Part shown: positions 29,315 through 41,487 of the stretch, in pieces
Layout of the letters: every line of letters starts with the position of its first letter
How positions within the stretch are numbered: position 1 is the stretch's first letter
Source of the DNA: Trichosphaerium sp. ATCC 40318
Lineage: Eukaryota > Protista > Tubulinea
Assembly (NCBI GenBank): GCA_038496445.1
Contig: JALMLS010000612.1
Location: forward strand, 558,001-622,000
Direction of reading: 5' to 3'
Length of the DNA stretch: 64,000 nt
Position numbers and translations under genes: made by a program
Notes under the pieces: model-generated
Told to the model about the DNA's origin: nothing
Seen by the model: only the letters and a program-made list of their open reading frames with translations
The model's database searches: none

Positions 29315-32073
29315 TTACCTTCCACGAGGGCGTCTTCTACCTCTTTTATTTTTTGAACGGTTATTGTGCCTTATAGTTCAGAGTGAGATTGGAGTTATAG
29401 GTTAAGGTTCACGCTTGTACCTTTTAGTGTAGTCCCTGTGATATCGTTTTTCCTTAGAGTTTTTTATGGCGTCATTCAATACAATTGTAAGTTTGTTTGT
29501 AGTTGGTCTATATTGAGGTATTAGATAAGGAAATAAGACTTGTGTGACTTGATTAATGTACGTTGGGACTTTGATCTTCTTGAAAAATTGTGGCCAAGTT
29601 TTAACTTTCATTATTTCCTTACATGCTTGCCACAGAGACTCTTTCATGGCATTAGAAGGTATACCACATCTGTAGTTATAATCGTCAAGAAGTTGATTAA
29701 GGCTCTTATTTGCAGGTCTACCATAATTATCCAAAAAATGAACTTGAAACATCAGAAGCTAGGAAAGAAGAAGAAAAGTCAGTGAAAAAAGTAAATACAA
29801 CTTCTACACTTACTCTCATTGACACAGTGGTTGCATCAAACACCAATTGTAACCGACCCAAGTCTGGTATTGTTTCAGTAGGTATAGCGTATTTAGGGTG
29901 TTTTGCGATGATCCACCTTGATGGTTAGACGAAGACAAACAAACGCGATGAGCATCAAATTTCACTTACTTGACGTTTCTATCAAATATCTCTAACAGAA
30001 TCTTAAAATGTAAATCTTTCCAGTTCTTCTTAGACAAGGTTAAGTATATTAAGAACTCTCCAATGTTAGGAACTTCCTTCTTAATACGATAGCTTGGATC
30101 CTTAAAAAACTTTTCCACTGATGTGTTCACAATGGTAGACATCTCAGGGAATTGCTATTGACCAATCAGCTTTAAAATGGTTCAAATGAGCGACTACGAA
30201 CCTTGGCATAGTATAATAAAATGTGATGAAACTGACAGTAACCCTCTAAAGCCTTTTCAGATAACTGACGAGAAACAACATTTCCACCCTTATCATTCAT
30301 CAAGCTTAATATCATTGTATTCATAAGTTTTGAGATAACCTAATGCACTTAAGTTAGCCTTCATTTATGGGTCGAGAACTTTGTGTCAGGAAAATAGTAC
30401 TTACCAATACAATACATTTAGAGAAGCTAGGCTCCCAGTCATTTGTAGCAAGGCGGATTTGCCCTCCAACTTCCTTTATCACTTTTCTGAACCAAGTTTT
30501 TGCAAACTTTGTTTGTGCGTGTTTAGGATTGATTACCAAAGGAAGGAACTTCTCCATTTTTGACTTCCAAACGGACAATCTTACATCTAAATAAAGCAAT
30601 TTAGCTTTTGATAACATCTTTAAAACATCACGTGTGCATACTCAATTTATAAAATGCAGATCGAGAAATGAGATCAAGAGTAGTATCAATACCAGACAAG
30701 CCACCACTAACAAGGGTATTAACATAAACACTACAAACAAGTGAACTAGTGACGTACTCTTCATATTTTTTAAGTACTAGACCAATGCCGAGTGTATCTT
30801 CTTTGTATGATAACTTTGTGTGGAAACAAATAAGCTCACGACGTTCAGCTATTAACCCTCCAGCAATAAGGTTTTGGAAAGCCTTGTTTGTTTTCTTCAT
30901 TTGTCGCAGCTCTTCAGATCTTAGTGTATCCAATAAATTCTAATTGTAAGAACATTAGCCAATATTGTATAGGAGCATGTGTGTACCATGACAAGTTCAA
31001 GAGGGAGCTCTGTTAAATGACAAACGCCATCATCACATGGTTTTTCCACCAAAATTGGTAGATCTTTTGTGAGTGTTTCAGTAGAGAGCGCAGGACTGTG
31101 AACTGGAGGGTAAGGACATTTGCCTGTGTGACTACATTTTTTACACTCAAATGCCTTTGTTTTTTCTTTGAAACTGAAGTTAAGTGAGTGTGATAACGGG
31201 AGGAAGGAAGAATAGTACGCTGCTATATCTTTTTCACTTTGCCAAATATATCTATCTGGGAGGCCGTAGTCTTGTGGAGCTTTATCGGCAAATAAGAAGC
31301 TTAAAATTTGTAGCAGAACAGCTTCCAATGTATACGCTGTGCTCCAACCAGAGTACTTCCCATACTTCTTCAAACTCTGAGAACATTCCAACTTTAGTAT
31401 ATGACGACAAGAATAATTAACGCACCTCCAGCATGTTCAAACAAATAAAGTTATTGAAATCGCCAAATTGGTTGGGGTGGTTAGGAACAAGAAAGAAAGG
31501 CCTTACTTTCGGAGGCTCTTGTGGATAGCGATGTGGAAAGATGAGCTAGAACGACAATCAGTATTACAGCTTGAACATTAGGAGGATTGCATAAAGACGC
31601 CTTTAGTTGTGTAAGTTTGAAAATTTTACAAGTTTTACTTTGCTTCTTTGAATGATGTTTGCCAGTTTTGTCAGCCGTTTTACCGGCAAAACCCAAAAAC
31701 AATAACGTACTTCTAAGTGAAATGCTATACCAGCAAATTTTCCTGTTGAGGGCGTTATATTAGCATGCCATCTAAGTGAATGACATTAGTTTACTAGACG
31801 AAAAAGTTGTTCGAAAGACAGAATTTTAGCTAGTGCCAGCTTTGTCAAAAAAAAAAAATCAGTACATGAAAATGTTGTCTTCGAAAGGCTCTGCAGCAAT
31901 ACACATTGTATTACTCTTCTTCAGTTGCTTGTAGTCCCACATAAGCCTCTTTTTAGCGTATGCTTCCACGACTGGATCGACTTCCTCTTTTTTTATAGTA
32001 ACCCAGCCTTTTAGAACAGGAACAGTCAAAAAGTGATGCAAAAAAAAAATAGGAACTCACGAATTACGCTCAT
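29315..32073 (-). CDS. Ubiquitin-conjugating (E2) domain + F-box + long uncharacterised C-terminal domain (multi-exon)
   Basis: KRLMWDYKQL, WHANI..FHLELIFPHRYPQEPPKV, HPN..ICLNML (catalytic Cys), GWSTAYTLEAVLLQILSFL; CKKC; F-box-like LTELPLELVMNLLDTLRSEELRQMKKTNK; then LICFHTK..SEKALEGYCQFHH. Confidence 0.85.
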
Positions 32074-33097
32074 TTTGGTTTAACTTGGCGAAAAATGATT
32101 AGTTTTATGTTAAGTTGTCAGTCGTGAAAATGCTGTCAATTTCCGATTTTTAAGAACAGACAGGAACGAATATAAACAAAAGTAACTCACAAGCAACCTC
32201 CGCATGCAACAGGTTCTTTTTTCAAAACAACAATTCAAATAATATTCAAGTAACCTTCATTGACACATTGCCATTCTCTTTGATTGTGTCAAAAATTAAG
32301 CGTAGCGTGTTCTTTAGTTTAAGGGAGTTGCAAAACTTTGGACTAGCGTTCATAAATTGCTATTACAAGCTCGTAAATGACTAACATGTGAAACCTTCGC
32401 CAAAAATTGAGAAATTGCGGCACTCATTTCCAAAGTGAAATCACTACATTGTGCTATGTTTTCTGACGCGTGGGCGTATGTTTGAGGGCTATCTTGAAGT
32501 ATAAGAGAGTTTTAATAATTAATTTAAAGTTTGACGCACCTGATGAGTTTTCCGACGCTAATATTACCTTGAGGTGGCGCTTGTTTGTTTCTATTCGGTT
32601 TTCATTACCAAAATGCGATAACAGGTTACTTTAGGCGTATTCACGTTTACGGGTACAACATGAACAATACATAGAACTGTTTGGTGGTTTAGTGCATAAT
32701 CAAACTTCAAGTTAGTCACGTGAAGTAAGTAACACGTGATTAATTTCCGGACATTGGACTCAGTAGCGCAAGAAGTTTCCTTCAGGTAGTGCGCCTTCAG
32801 GTTCTTGTAGAACGGAAACGTACAGTTTTCCTAAAATATATCATTGTCGCTGTTGTAAACGCAGCACAACGTTTATAAGATGTATTTAAAACGATCCGGC
32901 TAGTGCTGACAAGTGACATATCACGCAAACGACAAACGACATTTTTTCTTAAGTTACACTATTGTTTTCTGAACACTACCTACAATTACAAAATTAAGAC
33001 ATAGTAGTTAAACTACTCATTGTAAAGGTCGTGTATCTTTTTCTTAAGTCAATTCAGGTGTTCACTTTACCTTCAACCCACATATCTCAAGCAACAG

Positions 33098-34162
33098 ATG
33101 GCACAAACTATTGGACCAGTGTTTATTAAGAGCAAAAATAGCGGTAAAGTCATAGATGTCTTTGGCGCCAGTGACCAAGACTCAACTCCAATAATTCAAT
33201 ACGAACAAAAATCAGAGGGCTTTGATAACCAACTCTTTACGTTCGAAAAAGTATCAGAACGCGATGGTAAACCAAGATATAAGATAGTATCCAAGTTCTC
33301 CGGGAAGGTAGGTACATAAAAAGTGAAGCAATACCGAACAAATTGTTCGTTGTTTCCTTCAAGGACTTTTTTCTTCGATAGTCACTTTTTAAAGTATTTT
33401 TGTAGGTGTTGGATATTTTTGATTCACAACTACAAAATTGTGTTCCTTGCATTGAATTCCAATATCACGGAGGTGTAAACCAATTGTTTTATATTGAAGA
33501 ACACGAAGGGTGTACGTCAGTGGCAACTTACAAACACCAAAGTTAAATTTTTTTTTTGTAGCGAAAGTTCTTATAAACTGCAACTCCGGAAAAGCTTTAG
33601 ACGTCGAAGGTTCATCAACCGATAACGAAGCCAGAATAATCCAATACGAACGTACCAATAATCCAAACCAATGCTGGGAGTTCATCCCTGGTGGTCCTAA
33701 GGAAGGTACTGAAGTATGTGTCCAAGATTGCGCAGTAAAGATTGAATATGTTCTTCCTGCTGTAATCAACGATGATACATGGTATCGCATTGAAGTTGTA
33801 TTCACCAACAAGCTGCCTGTTACTATTTCCAACTGCTTTTCATACATCGACGTTGATGAGAACTCTCCTTTCCATAGCGAAAAGATGAAATCCGGTAGTA
33901 CAGAAGGCGACTTGGATACTGTCAAGTTCGATTTTGGTTCAATAGCAGCCAACTCGTATGTTTGATTTTTATACATTGTTGATGTTTTGTCTTACGTCGT
34001 GATAGGTCCAAATCCAAGTTCTTCTCCTTTTCTTTTCCTAAGCTAGATGCAGAGATGCCAAAGAAGAATTTCAAGGGTATCTTCCAGCTCTCTCCTCACT
34101 ATCAAGTCGACTACCTTAAATACGGAGGGGTATCAACAAAGATCAAAGTCACTGGCAAATAG
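33098..34162 (+). CDS. Ricin-B beta-trefoil lectin with C-terminal beta-sandwich-like domain; no signal peptide (3 introns)
   Basis: Three subdomains: SGKVIDV..IIQY..NQLF, SGKVLDI..GGVNQLF (exon ~33406-33511) and SGKALDV..IIQY..NQCW. Confidence 0.9.
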
Positions 34163-34516
34163 AAGTAGTTCCACTTGTTAATCCACGCGTTACCTACAAC
34201 TGTGAGCCGGAATATAATGCCAGCTGTTCGCGGTATGGGTAAAAACCAATAAAAAAGCGAGAAATTATCTCGGCTCTTTCTGTTTTTTTTGTTTTTTCGC
34301 TAAATTGTACTTGTACCGCAATATACACTATTGCAATGAGCTGAACGCTGTTGAATATTACAACAACCACCGATACAATGTGTTGAAAGAGTATGTTAAA
34401 GTGAGTCAATTGTGTTTTGTTGAATAGGTACCAAGAAATTTGTTATGTGAAAAGGTCAACGGTTTTTCTTATTTTTAACCTATAAACCATATCACACTCA
34501 GTAATAACCACCTATC

Positions 34517-34834
34517 ATGGCAAAAACGCGCAGACTATCGGCAATGAATAAACTTAAACAAAAGGGCCTAGTAGAACCGCAAAAAGAACCGCCATTGGAA
34601 GAAATACTCGCTCCTAGTCTAAATAAGACGAATCATAAGCTATTCACGCATAAAGGCTTTAAATTCATTCGTCCTCAATGGTGTACAGTGCCACGATCAT
34701 GGACAGTTGTGTATTTAACAGAAGACAGGAGAGAGTATATAATTAATAGACCAAATGGAACAGAATTTGTTCATGTATGGACTTTCGATAGATTTGGCGG
34801 CAAAAGAGGCTTTTACCGCTTCAACAACAATTAA
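34517..34834 (+). CDS. Intronless basic orphan protein (105 aa)
   Basis: ATG ORF with C/A-rich leader and AATAAA downstream; no recognised domain. Confidence 0.55.
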   Translation: MAKTRRLSAMNKLKQKGLVEPQKEPPLEEILAPSLNKTNHKLFTHKGFKFIRPQWCTVPRSWTVVYLTEDRREYIINRPNGTEFVHVWTFDRFGGKRGFYRFNNN

Positions 34835-35040
34835 TTAGCGTTACGAAATAAAAATAGCTCAACAGAACAGAAGAGCGTCAAACATTACCCACTACGCCAG
34901 AGAGGACACTTTTCTCCAAGAAGAACGATACCGTAACGATTAATGCTGGCGCATCCAATAAACACAGTTTTATCGTAGGCTGTTGTTACAGATACATCAA
35001 CCGACGCTCAAACATGCGTTTGCAAGAGTGTGGACGCATG

Positions 35041-35637
35041 TTACAATTTCTCAAACAACCAATCAAAACTCTCCTCAATGCTACCTTTTTCAAATGCTGA
35101 ACACTCCATGAGTTGAACATGGCCAGGGAGTGTTTGTATGCTCAATAAATCTCGGATTGTGGAAGTTTGGATCGTAACCTTATCTTGTTTGTTCGCCAGA
35201 ATAAGAAGCGGAATATCTTTCCGGTTGTTTCCACTTTTGACCACTTGTACGAAGCATTCTTCAGCTTCCTTTAGCCTCCTCTTATCCGAAGCATCTATAA
35301 CAAATACAAGCCCATCTGCGAACATGCAGTGGTCTCGTTGTAGCTGGTGAGGATGTGACCCTATTTAGTATGTAATTCCAATTTTAAAATAGAACACGTG
35401 CCTACTATGTAAAACGTAACTAGGAGGTTGTGGAACACTATGTTTTGTTACGTCTGGGGCAGCATTTGGTCTATGGAAAAGCACTTGACTTTGATGCAAA
35501 CAATATGCAAGCGTCTAGTGAGGTTTAATCAAATTATTTGGGGTTTTTTTTTGTACTGTTTTTCCTGCATTGTCTAGACCTAGTACAACTACACGCTTTT
35601 GTTTTGGAGGACAAAATAGTGTCATTAAACTACCCAT
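35041..35637 (-). CDS. Divergent Arf/Arl-family small GTPase, with an apparent +1 frameshift in an A-run near 35445
   Basis: MG start, P-loop VVVLGLDNAGKTT, DGLVFVIDASD, LLILANKQD, ECSA; the G3 DxxGQ motif is degenerate. Confidence 0.8.
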
Positions 35638-35761
35638 GTCAGTTTATGGTCATGCAACTTGTTGCAGTTGTTGTCCTTTGCCGTTGACGGAAAATACTGA
35701 CTTAGAAGTCTAAATGCTGACTTAGTTCTGATTGAACTTGTAGCGTGTCGAACACTTTCGT

Positions 35762-36839
35762 ATGGCGCTCCGTGGGTACAACCATGAGGTATCTTCGCGC
35801 GTGTTGAGCTACAAAGAGAACCATTGGAGGCATATAGAAAGCTATATTAAAGCACTGCTTTCAAACAAAAGTATCTCCTTCACAGAGCTCTATACGCACG
35901 CATTAACGTTAACGGCTAAAGTTTATTGTAGTTTTAGCTTAGTTTACGATTGCTGTTGCCAAAAACACGCTGTGGCGCTGTTCAAAGATCTTTTGGATTC
36001 GTGGCAATCACATCTGTCAAATTTTAAAGCTTCTACAAATTATACGCATAACATTAGTCTAACTGCGTATGCGATGAGGTTTAACGCTCTTATTAACAGT
36101 TGTGTTTCAATTGAAACGGTAATTCAATCAATGTCTGCTAAAACGCGTTAAAAACAGCTCTTAGGGCTTCAGATACTTAGAAAAGCAGTATATCGAGCAA
36201 TACATGAATTCTACCTTAAAAAGTACCAAGAAAACTACGCCATGCACTCTGTCTTGACGCAGTAATACTGACGTTCTTAAAAAACTAGATATTTTGTTCG
36301 GTCATGTGAGAGAGATCCTGTTTAAAGATGAAAAAGCAAGTCCTTTTTTTCTCATTTTTTTTTAAAAGTATCTGCTGTTTGACTTGTCTAATAGGTGCTG
36401 CAATGGCTTAAATCATTGTTGTCGGTGCCACAAGGTAATGTGTTGTGTAACATATGGTACTGGAGTTCTTCCAGCCGCTCATATTCTTTGAAGGTGGTAT
36501 TGTTGATCCATTAACATTGAGACGTTTTGTTGGTCATCTCTATTTCATAGACAGGTACAAATCTAGCGGACCCCTTTCCTTTTGACCTGTTTGTATAGTC
36601 ATCTTGCGAAGTTATGTCCTACAAGTAAGTTTTTGATACTAGCTAAAACTGTTTGGTAAAGTGATTTCTTCCGATTAGTGTTTGCACAGTTTGTACCCAA
36701 TTTGTATCCTGCAATGTCATTAAATGACGAACTTATATGGACAAAAATGGAGCTTGATAAAATGAATCTTACAAATAATGGTTCCAAGGATGCCACACGT
36801 TTTCGCAAACGGACTTTTACTCAAATGGAGAGTATGTAA
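35762..36839 (+). CDS. CACUL1: CDK2-associated cullin-domain protein 1-like (stand-alone cullin N-terminal repeat)
   Basis: YKENHWRHIE..ISFTELYTLVYDCCCQKH..LFKDL, FRYLEKQYI, and a C-terminal PTMFAQFVPNLYP..RKR tail, as recalled for CACUL1/C10orf46. Confidence 0.75.
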
Positions 36840-36903
36840 CAATAATGAAAAAAATGTAAATATTATTAAGACAATGATCATGTCAACGCCTTTACGTTTT
36901 TAG

Positions 36904-38033
36904 TTACAGCTTAGATTTCTTCTTTATGAGCCCATGAGGTCCCATAAATCCATCAAGTGTTGAAACTGTATCAGAAAAGGCTTGTTTCTTCACCCATGCC
37001 ATTGTAGGTGGATCAAACTTAAATTCGTCTACTGCCTTGAAAGCAAATTTCCTACTCTCTTCTAAAAGTTTATCTGGAGGAAAACATGCATCAATAACAC
37101 CATCTTTGGCTGCTTCTGGTCCAGTGTATTTTTTGGCCAAGAATAGGACATCACGTAATACTTTTGCATTTGGTAATTTCGCCCTACCAACACATCAGCA
37201 TTGCGTACTAAACAAAAAAAAAAGTTTGTTTCTTGCTGGCACATGATTTTTGGACTTCCAAACAAAATTTGACACGTGTCAAAATGTCACGATTTGCAAT
37301 TTTGGATATTCTTACCGTAATACTTCAGGAATGCCTTTGGGCACTTTTAGTTTCAAAGCAACTACTGGTACGCGAGCCCAGCCTCGTTGACTGTTCATAA
37401 AAGCGTAATCATGACAAAGAGCAAATAAAAGCCCACCTAAATATTGTTTTACAATCGTTTACAGGTGCTTTAGAGTACGCACCACCTATGGCATGGCCAT
37501 TTAGTACTGCAATAGTGATTACAGGCTAATCTTGGTTAAAAACAGTCAAAACAGGTTTACATCGTACAAATGTCAGCAACCGACTGAGCGTAGCGAAGAA
37601 GAGTTTAAGAAACTGAGTGTAAGTGTCTGAGTTTTGTTTGGAGAGCTACATGAATACAATGTCATAAATACAGCGTGAAACTACTTTTATAGCGTACCCA
37701 AGGTAGATTAAACCCGGTACAAAAGTATTTACCATTACCTGTTATTAGTAACGCGCGAATGCCTCTGTACAGGTTACTTTGACGCTATTATACAAGATGC
37801 ACGTACTTTGACGCTATATTTGAAGTAACATAATCCAGTGCTGTGTTGATTGCTTTTAGAATTGGTAAATCAAGGCCGTTCTCCCCTTGTAGCATATGTA
37901 GCTCATAAACTGGGCCATTGGCGTATCTACATAGTGTCATAACATACTAGCGTTATATCCGCTTTAATACGCACAACGATAACTTAGGATCGCTCCAAGA
38001 CTTTTCTAGCACACGTTCGCTTGTAGTGCTCAT
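36904..38033 (-). CDS. Peroxisomal enoyl-CoA delta-isomerase / crotonase-family protein
   Basis: ALLITGNGKYFCTGFNL, ITIAVLNGHAIGGGLLFALCHDY; C-terminal SKL (PTS1). Confidence 0.9.
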
Positions 38034-38278
38034 TGTAAAAATAAAGTGTCAAACACATTTCAACGAAAACCTAAAAACTGTTTTCGACATTTTTCCTGAC
38101 CTTCAACGCTTCTTTGCTCATACACATAATTTGAAGTGCTGTGACTATCCCAATTAATATAACATGAGCTAGGAAATACATAGCATTAGCATCCTGTCAG
38201 TCAGTGCTTAGTGTATGTAACAAGACACCAAGAAATACAAAAAAATGTTCTTTTTATTTTCAAACAGTTTGGTTTTTT

Positions 38279-41200
38279 CTAAAAATGGAACGCTTTTACA
38301 TCGTCACCAATCATATCAATATCTAGCTCTTGATCCATAGGCGTAACAGGTTTATAACCAGACCATTTAGGCATACCATGAGTATGTAAAGTGATAATCT
38401 TATGTACTTGCATAAGAGTCCAAAAATCTTCTCTTTCTCTTAAAATATCGGCCATAGTATAAAGTGTAGGTAATGGAATATACTCAACCGGGTGAACAAC
38501 TGACACCACGTCATTGTCTCCACCATCTTGTTTTGCAGTATCTTTTCTATTCTCAGCTTTCTTCTCTTTAGGCTCAGCAACAACAGCAAGTTTAAATGTT
38601 TCTATTATTTCATCACCAATAGGAGTCTTTGCAAAACTTGAAATAAAACAATCGTATATTTCATCTGTTGGTACTAAACCCTTTTCAATCATTTTATCAA
38701 TTGTTTGGCATATCTCATCTACCATACCAAAGTTACTATAAACTTGTATCAAAGCCTCATAAAGTTTTATAGATGGTCTAATTTTCATCTCTTCTTCAAA
38801 GCTTTCTTCAACTTTACTTATATTTTGTGTAGCATAATTTGCAAAAAGCAAAATACGAATAGGTCCAAACTCTGGCCAGTACCGCACTCTCATGTTTGGT
38901 ACTTGCAATGATATAGCTCTCCATACACTGTAACAGTACTTATTGGACATTTTATAAGCAATAGAAAGAATATCAACATAAACAGGCTAAAAAGAAATTG
39001 TAAGTCTAAAACGTCAACTTTGCTTCTATGTATAGGTACCAAAGAGGCTTTTATATCCTTGATGTTTGTGCTCTTTAAATGATACAATAACATGTTTGTA
39101 AAATAACCTCTATATTGAACCTACAAAAGAAAAACAGAATAAGATACGAAAATGTAAAAGTTTTTTTTTTTAGGTTTTTACGTCATAAGATTCATGTAAA
39201 TTGTCACAATCAACTTTTTCCCAGTAGTGTGCAAACTCTATGAGCCTTTTAAATACAAGAGCATCCTATAACATATTACAATACTGTGTGAAGAAAGTCA
39301 AGAACGGTATTGAATATTGTTTACGTAACGAAGAAAAAAAATTCCAGAACCATTACAGCGACAGTAGTTTTGCAGAAATACCTGAAAACAAAAAAATATG
39401 CTTTTTGAAGCTAATCTTCGTACCACTTTAATATCCCTCACAAACGGATCGATTCTGAGCCTATTCATTAGTCTGTCACCTGCAATATCAATAAACACAA
39501 TAACTTACAAAAACTACACTCTTACCTCTCCCAATACTAATATCTAACAATGTATGTATATACTTCTCAACAAGCTTCTTGTCATTCGTATTACAACTCA
39601 ACTGGAAGTCATGCATAAAACAAGTAACAAAGAGAGGCTCGTCAACCTGAATTTAAAAAAAGATTAAGAATTAAGTTTCTTAAAATCACGTGACAAGTCA
39701 AAAAAACAAAGTTTTACCTTTTTAAGTGTTGTAGCAAGATGTAATAGTTGTTCTGCATAATTATGCGTATCTAGCTCACTAAAGATCGTCTTCATCGGTA
39801 AGCTCCGTGGACATGTCATTAAATATACATCACAAATAGCTACAAGGTCATCTACAAGTTTACCTTCAATCATTTTGACGGCGAGTCTAAAAACAGTTAC
39901 AACGGGTGATCAAAAAAATAAAAGGCAGTCGATTAAAATACTATCATACTTGCTGAATGCACTTGTTTTTGGTTTGTAACCAAGTGTAGCTACCTCTCTA
40001 AGTAGTTTCTGGGGTAAATCAATATTTGATTCCTCCAAACATAGATCAATAAGCTTATCAGTAAACCGAAAATCAATCCATACACCCTAAAACATGATAA
40101 GTCAACATTCGTTTGTCTCGTCTTTACTACGCACTTGTTTTCTGAAACTGTCAAGTGCCCCTTCAAGTTGCTTAATATCTCCGTGCTCAATATATTTGCA
40201 AACAATAGCGTTGGACATCTCAGGTCTTCAATAAAAAAATAAGTGCAAGAACTCCTTTTTTTTTCAAAAAGCTCGTACTTGGAGATGTCACTGCTCAAGT
40301 ATTCAAGCGTAGATTGGTTTATAATTGCTTCAACAGTTTCTATACTCGTAGCAGCTTTTGCTGTAGCCAGTTCAATAGCGAATCTATCCTAACAACATAT
40401 GTCATGCGAAAACAAGTGCAAAAGTCTAAGAACTTGTTTTCTTTCCAAAAAAAAAAAATATGTACGAACCTTTACTGATAACTCAGTTGCCACAGACATT
40501 TGGTAATTGTATAACTCCACAATGTCATTATCAGTTTTATCCGATAACGCACGATAAATAGACACAGCAATAGTATACAAGCGCCTTTTCAAGGGTTTAG
40601 ACTGCTCACGTTTTTCTTCAACTTTAGACAAATAATCTTCCAATAAAGATGTGGGTTTCAGCTTGTCGGCTTGTGAGTTTGTAAGCGCCTACATTAATCA
40701 GTGTTACAGAAACTAATACTAGCGGCGAGATATACCTCTATTAGATAACGTTCAGCAACTTGACGGCCATGTAAAGCGTCTGTCTTCTCAAGGAAGCGTA
40801 AAAATGCCTCTGGCGCATGTACCAGTGATTCTAGTATGGCTTGGTACTCTTTAAGGTTCTCAGGCTTAAATTTAGCTGATTTATCTTCGAAAATTGTCTT
40901 GCACAGTTGCGTGGAGCCAGCAGCCGCGCGTATGAAGGCGTCGTAATCTGTTGCTGTAAATGATACTTTATGTTTCTGCAATGATGGTTAACCGCAAAAT
41001 TTAAGCTATCCGACGCGTAATTAACGCATTACACGCCGTCAAAACAATATTTACCTTCGCCATTGCGTAAGCGTCACTCATAAGCTTTTTAGACGTGTAA
41101 GCAGCATCTAATATCGCTGCTCGAGCTAGTGTAGGTTTGGCACGAGCCTTACTACTTTTTTTGCTCTCCAAGTACCGGTATACATTGTAGTGCGTTGAAG

Positions 41201-41386
41201 CTGAAGAAGGGTCACCAGGGATAGGCCTCACTTTCCCAATAGAATCCAGTACACTATCGTTGATATCACCTGCACATAATTGAGAAAAGCCCTAAGCGCT
41301 TGTTTCATACCTCGGGCATATCTACGTTTAGCTGGCGCACATACACGTATTCTACATGGCACTTTGGGCGCCACAAAGCGAAACAT
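38279..41386 (-). CDS. Pentatricopeptide-repeat (PPR)-containing protein, probably mitochondrial (multi-exon)
   Basis: Arg-rich, acid-free presequence MFRFVAPKVPCRIRVCAPAKRRYA; PPR-like motifs FTATDYDAFIRAA and IRPSIKLYEALIQVYSNFGMVDEICQTIDKMIEKGLVPTDEIYDCFISSF. Confidence 0.7.
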
Positions 41387-41487
41387 TGCATAAATCAATG
41401 TCAAACTTTTTCTCGCAACACGTTTTTCTCAACAATTTATTTACACCTTTTTTTGTTCTACAAAAATTACCGTTAACGTCACTATTA

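Noticed and set aside
33389-33976. 175-200-aa-scale antisense ORF here, and many shorter ORFs in the track (e.g. 18851-19201, 43116-43445, 51830-52237)
   Set aside because: These are shadow frames of well-supported genes on the opposite strand.
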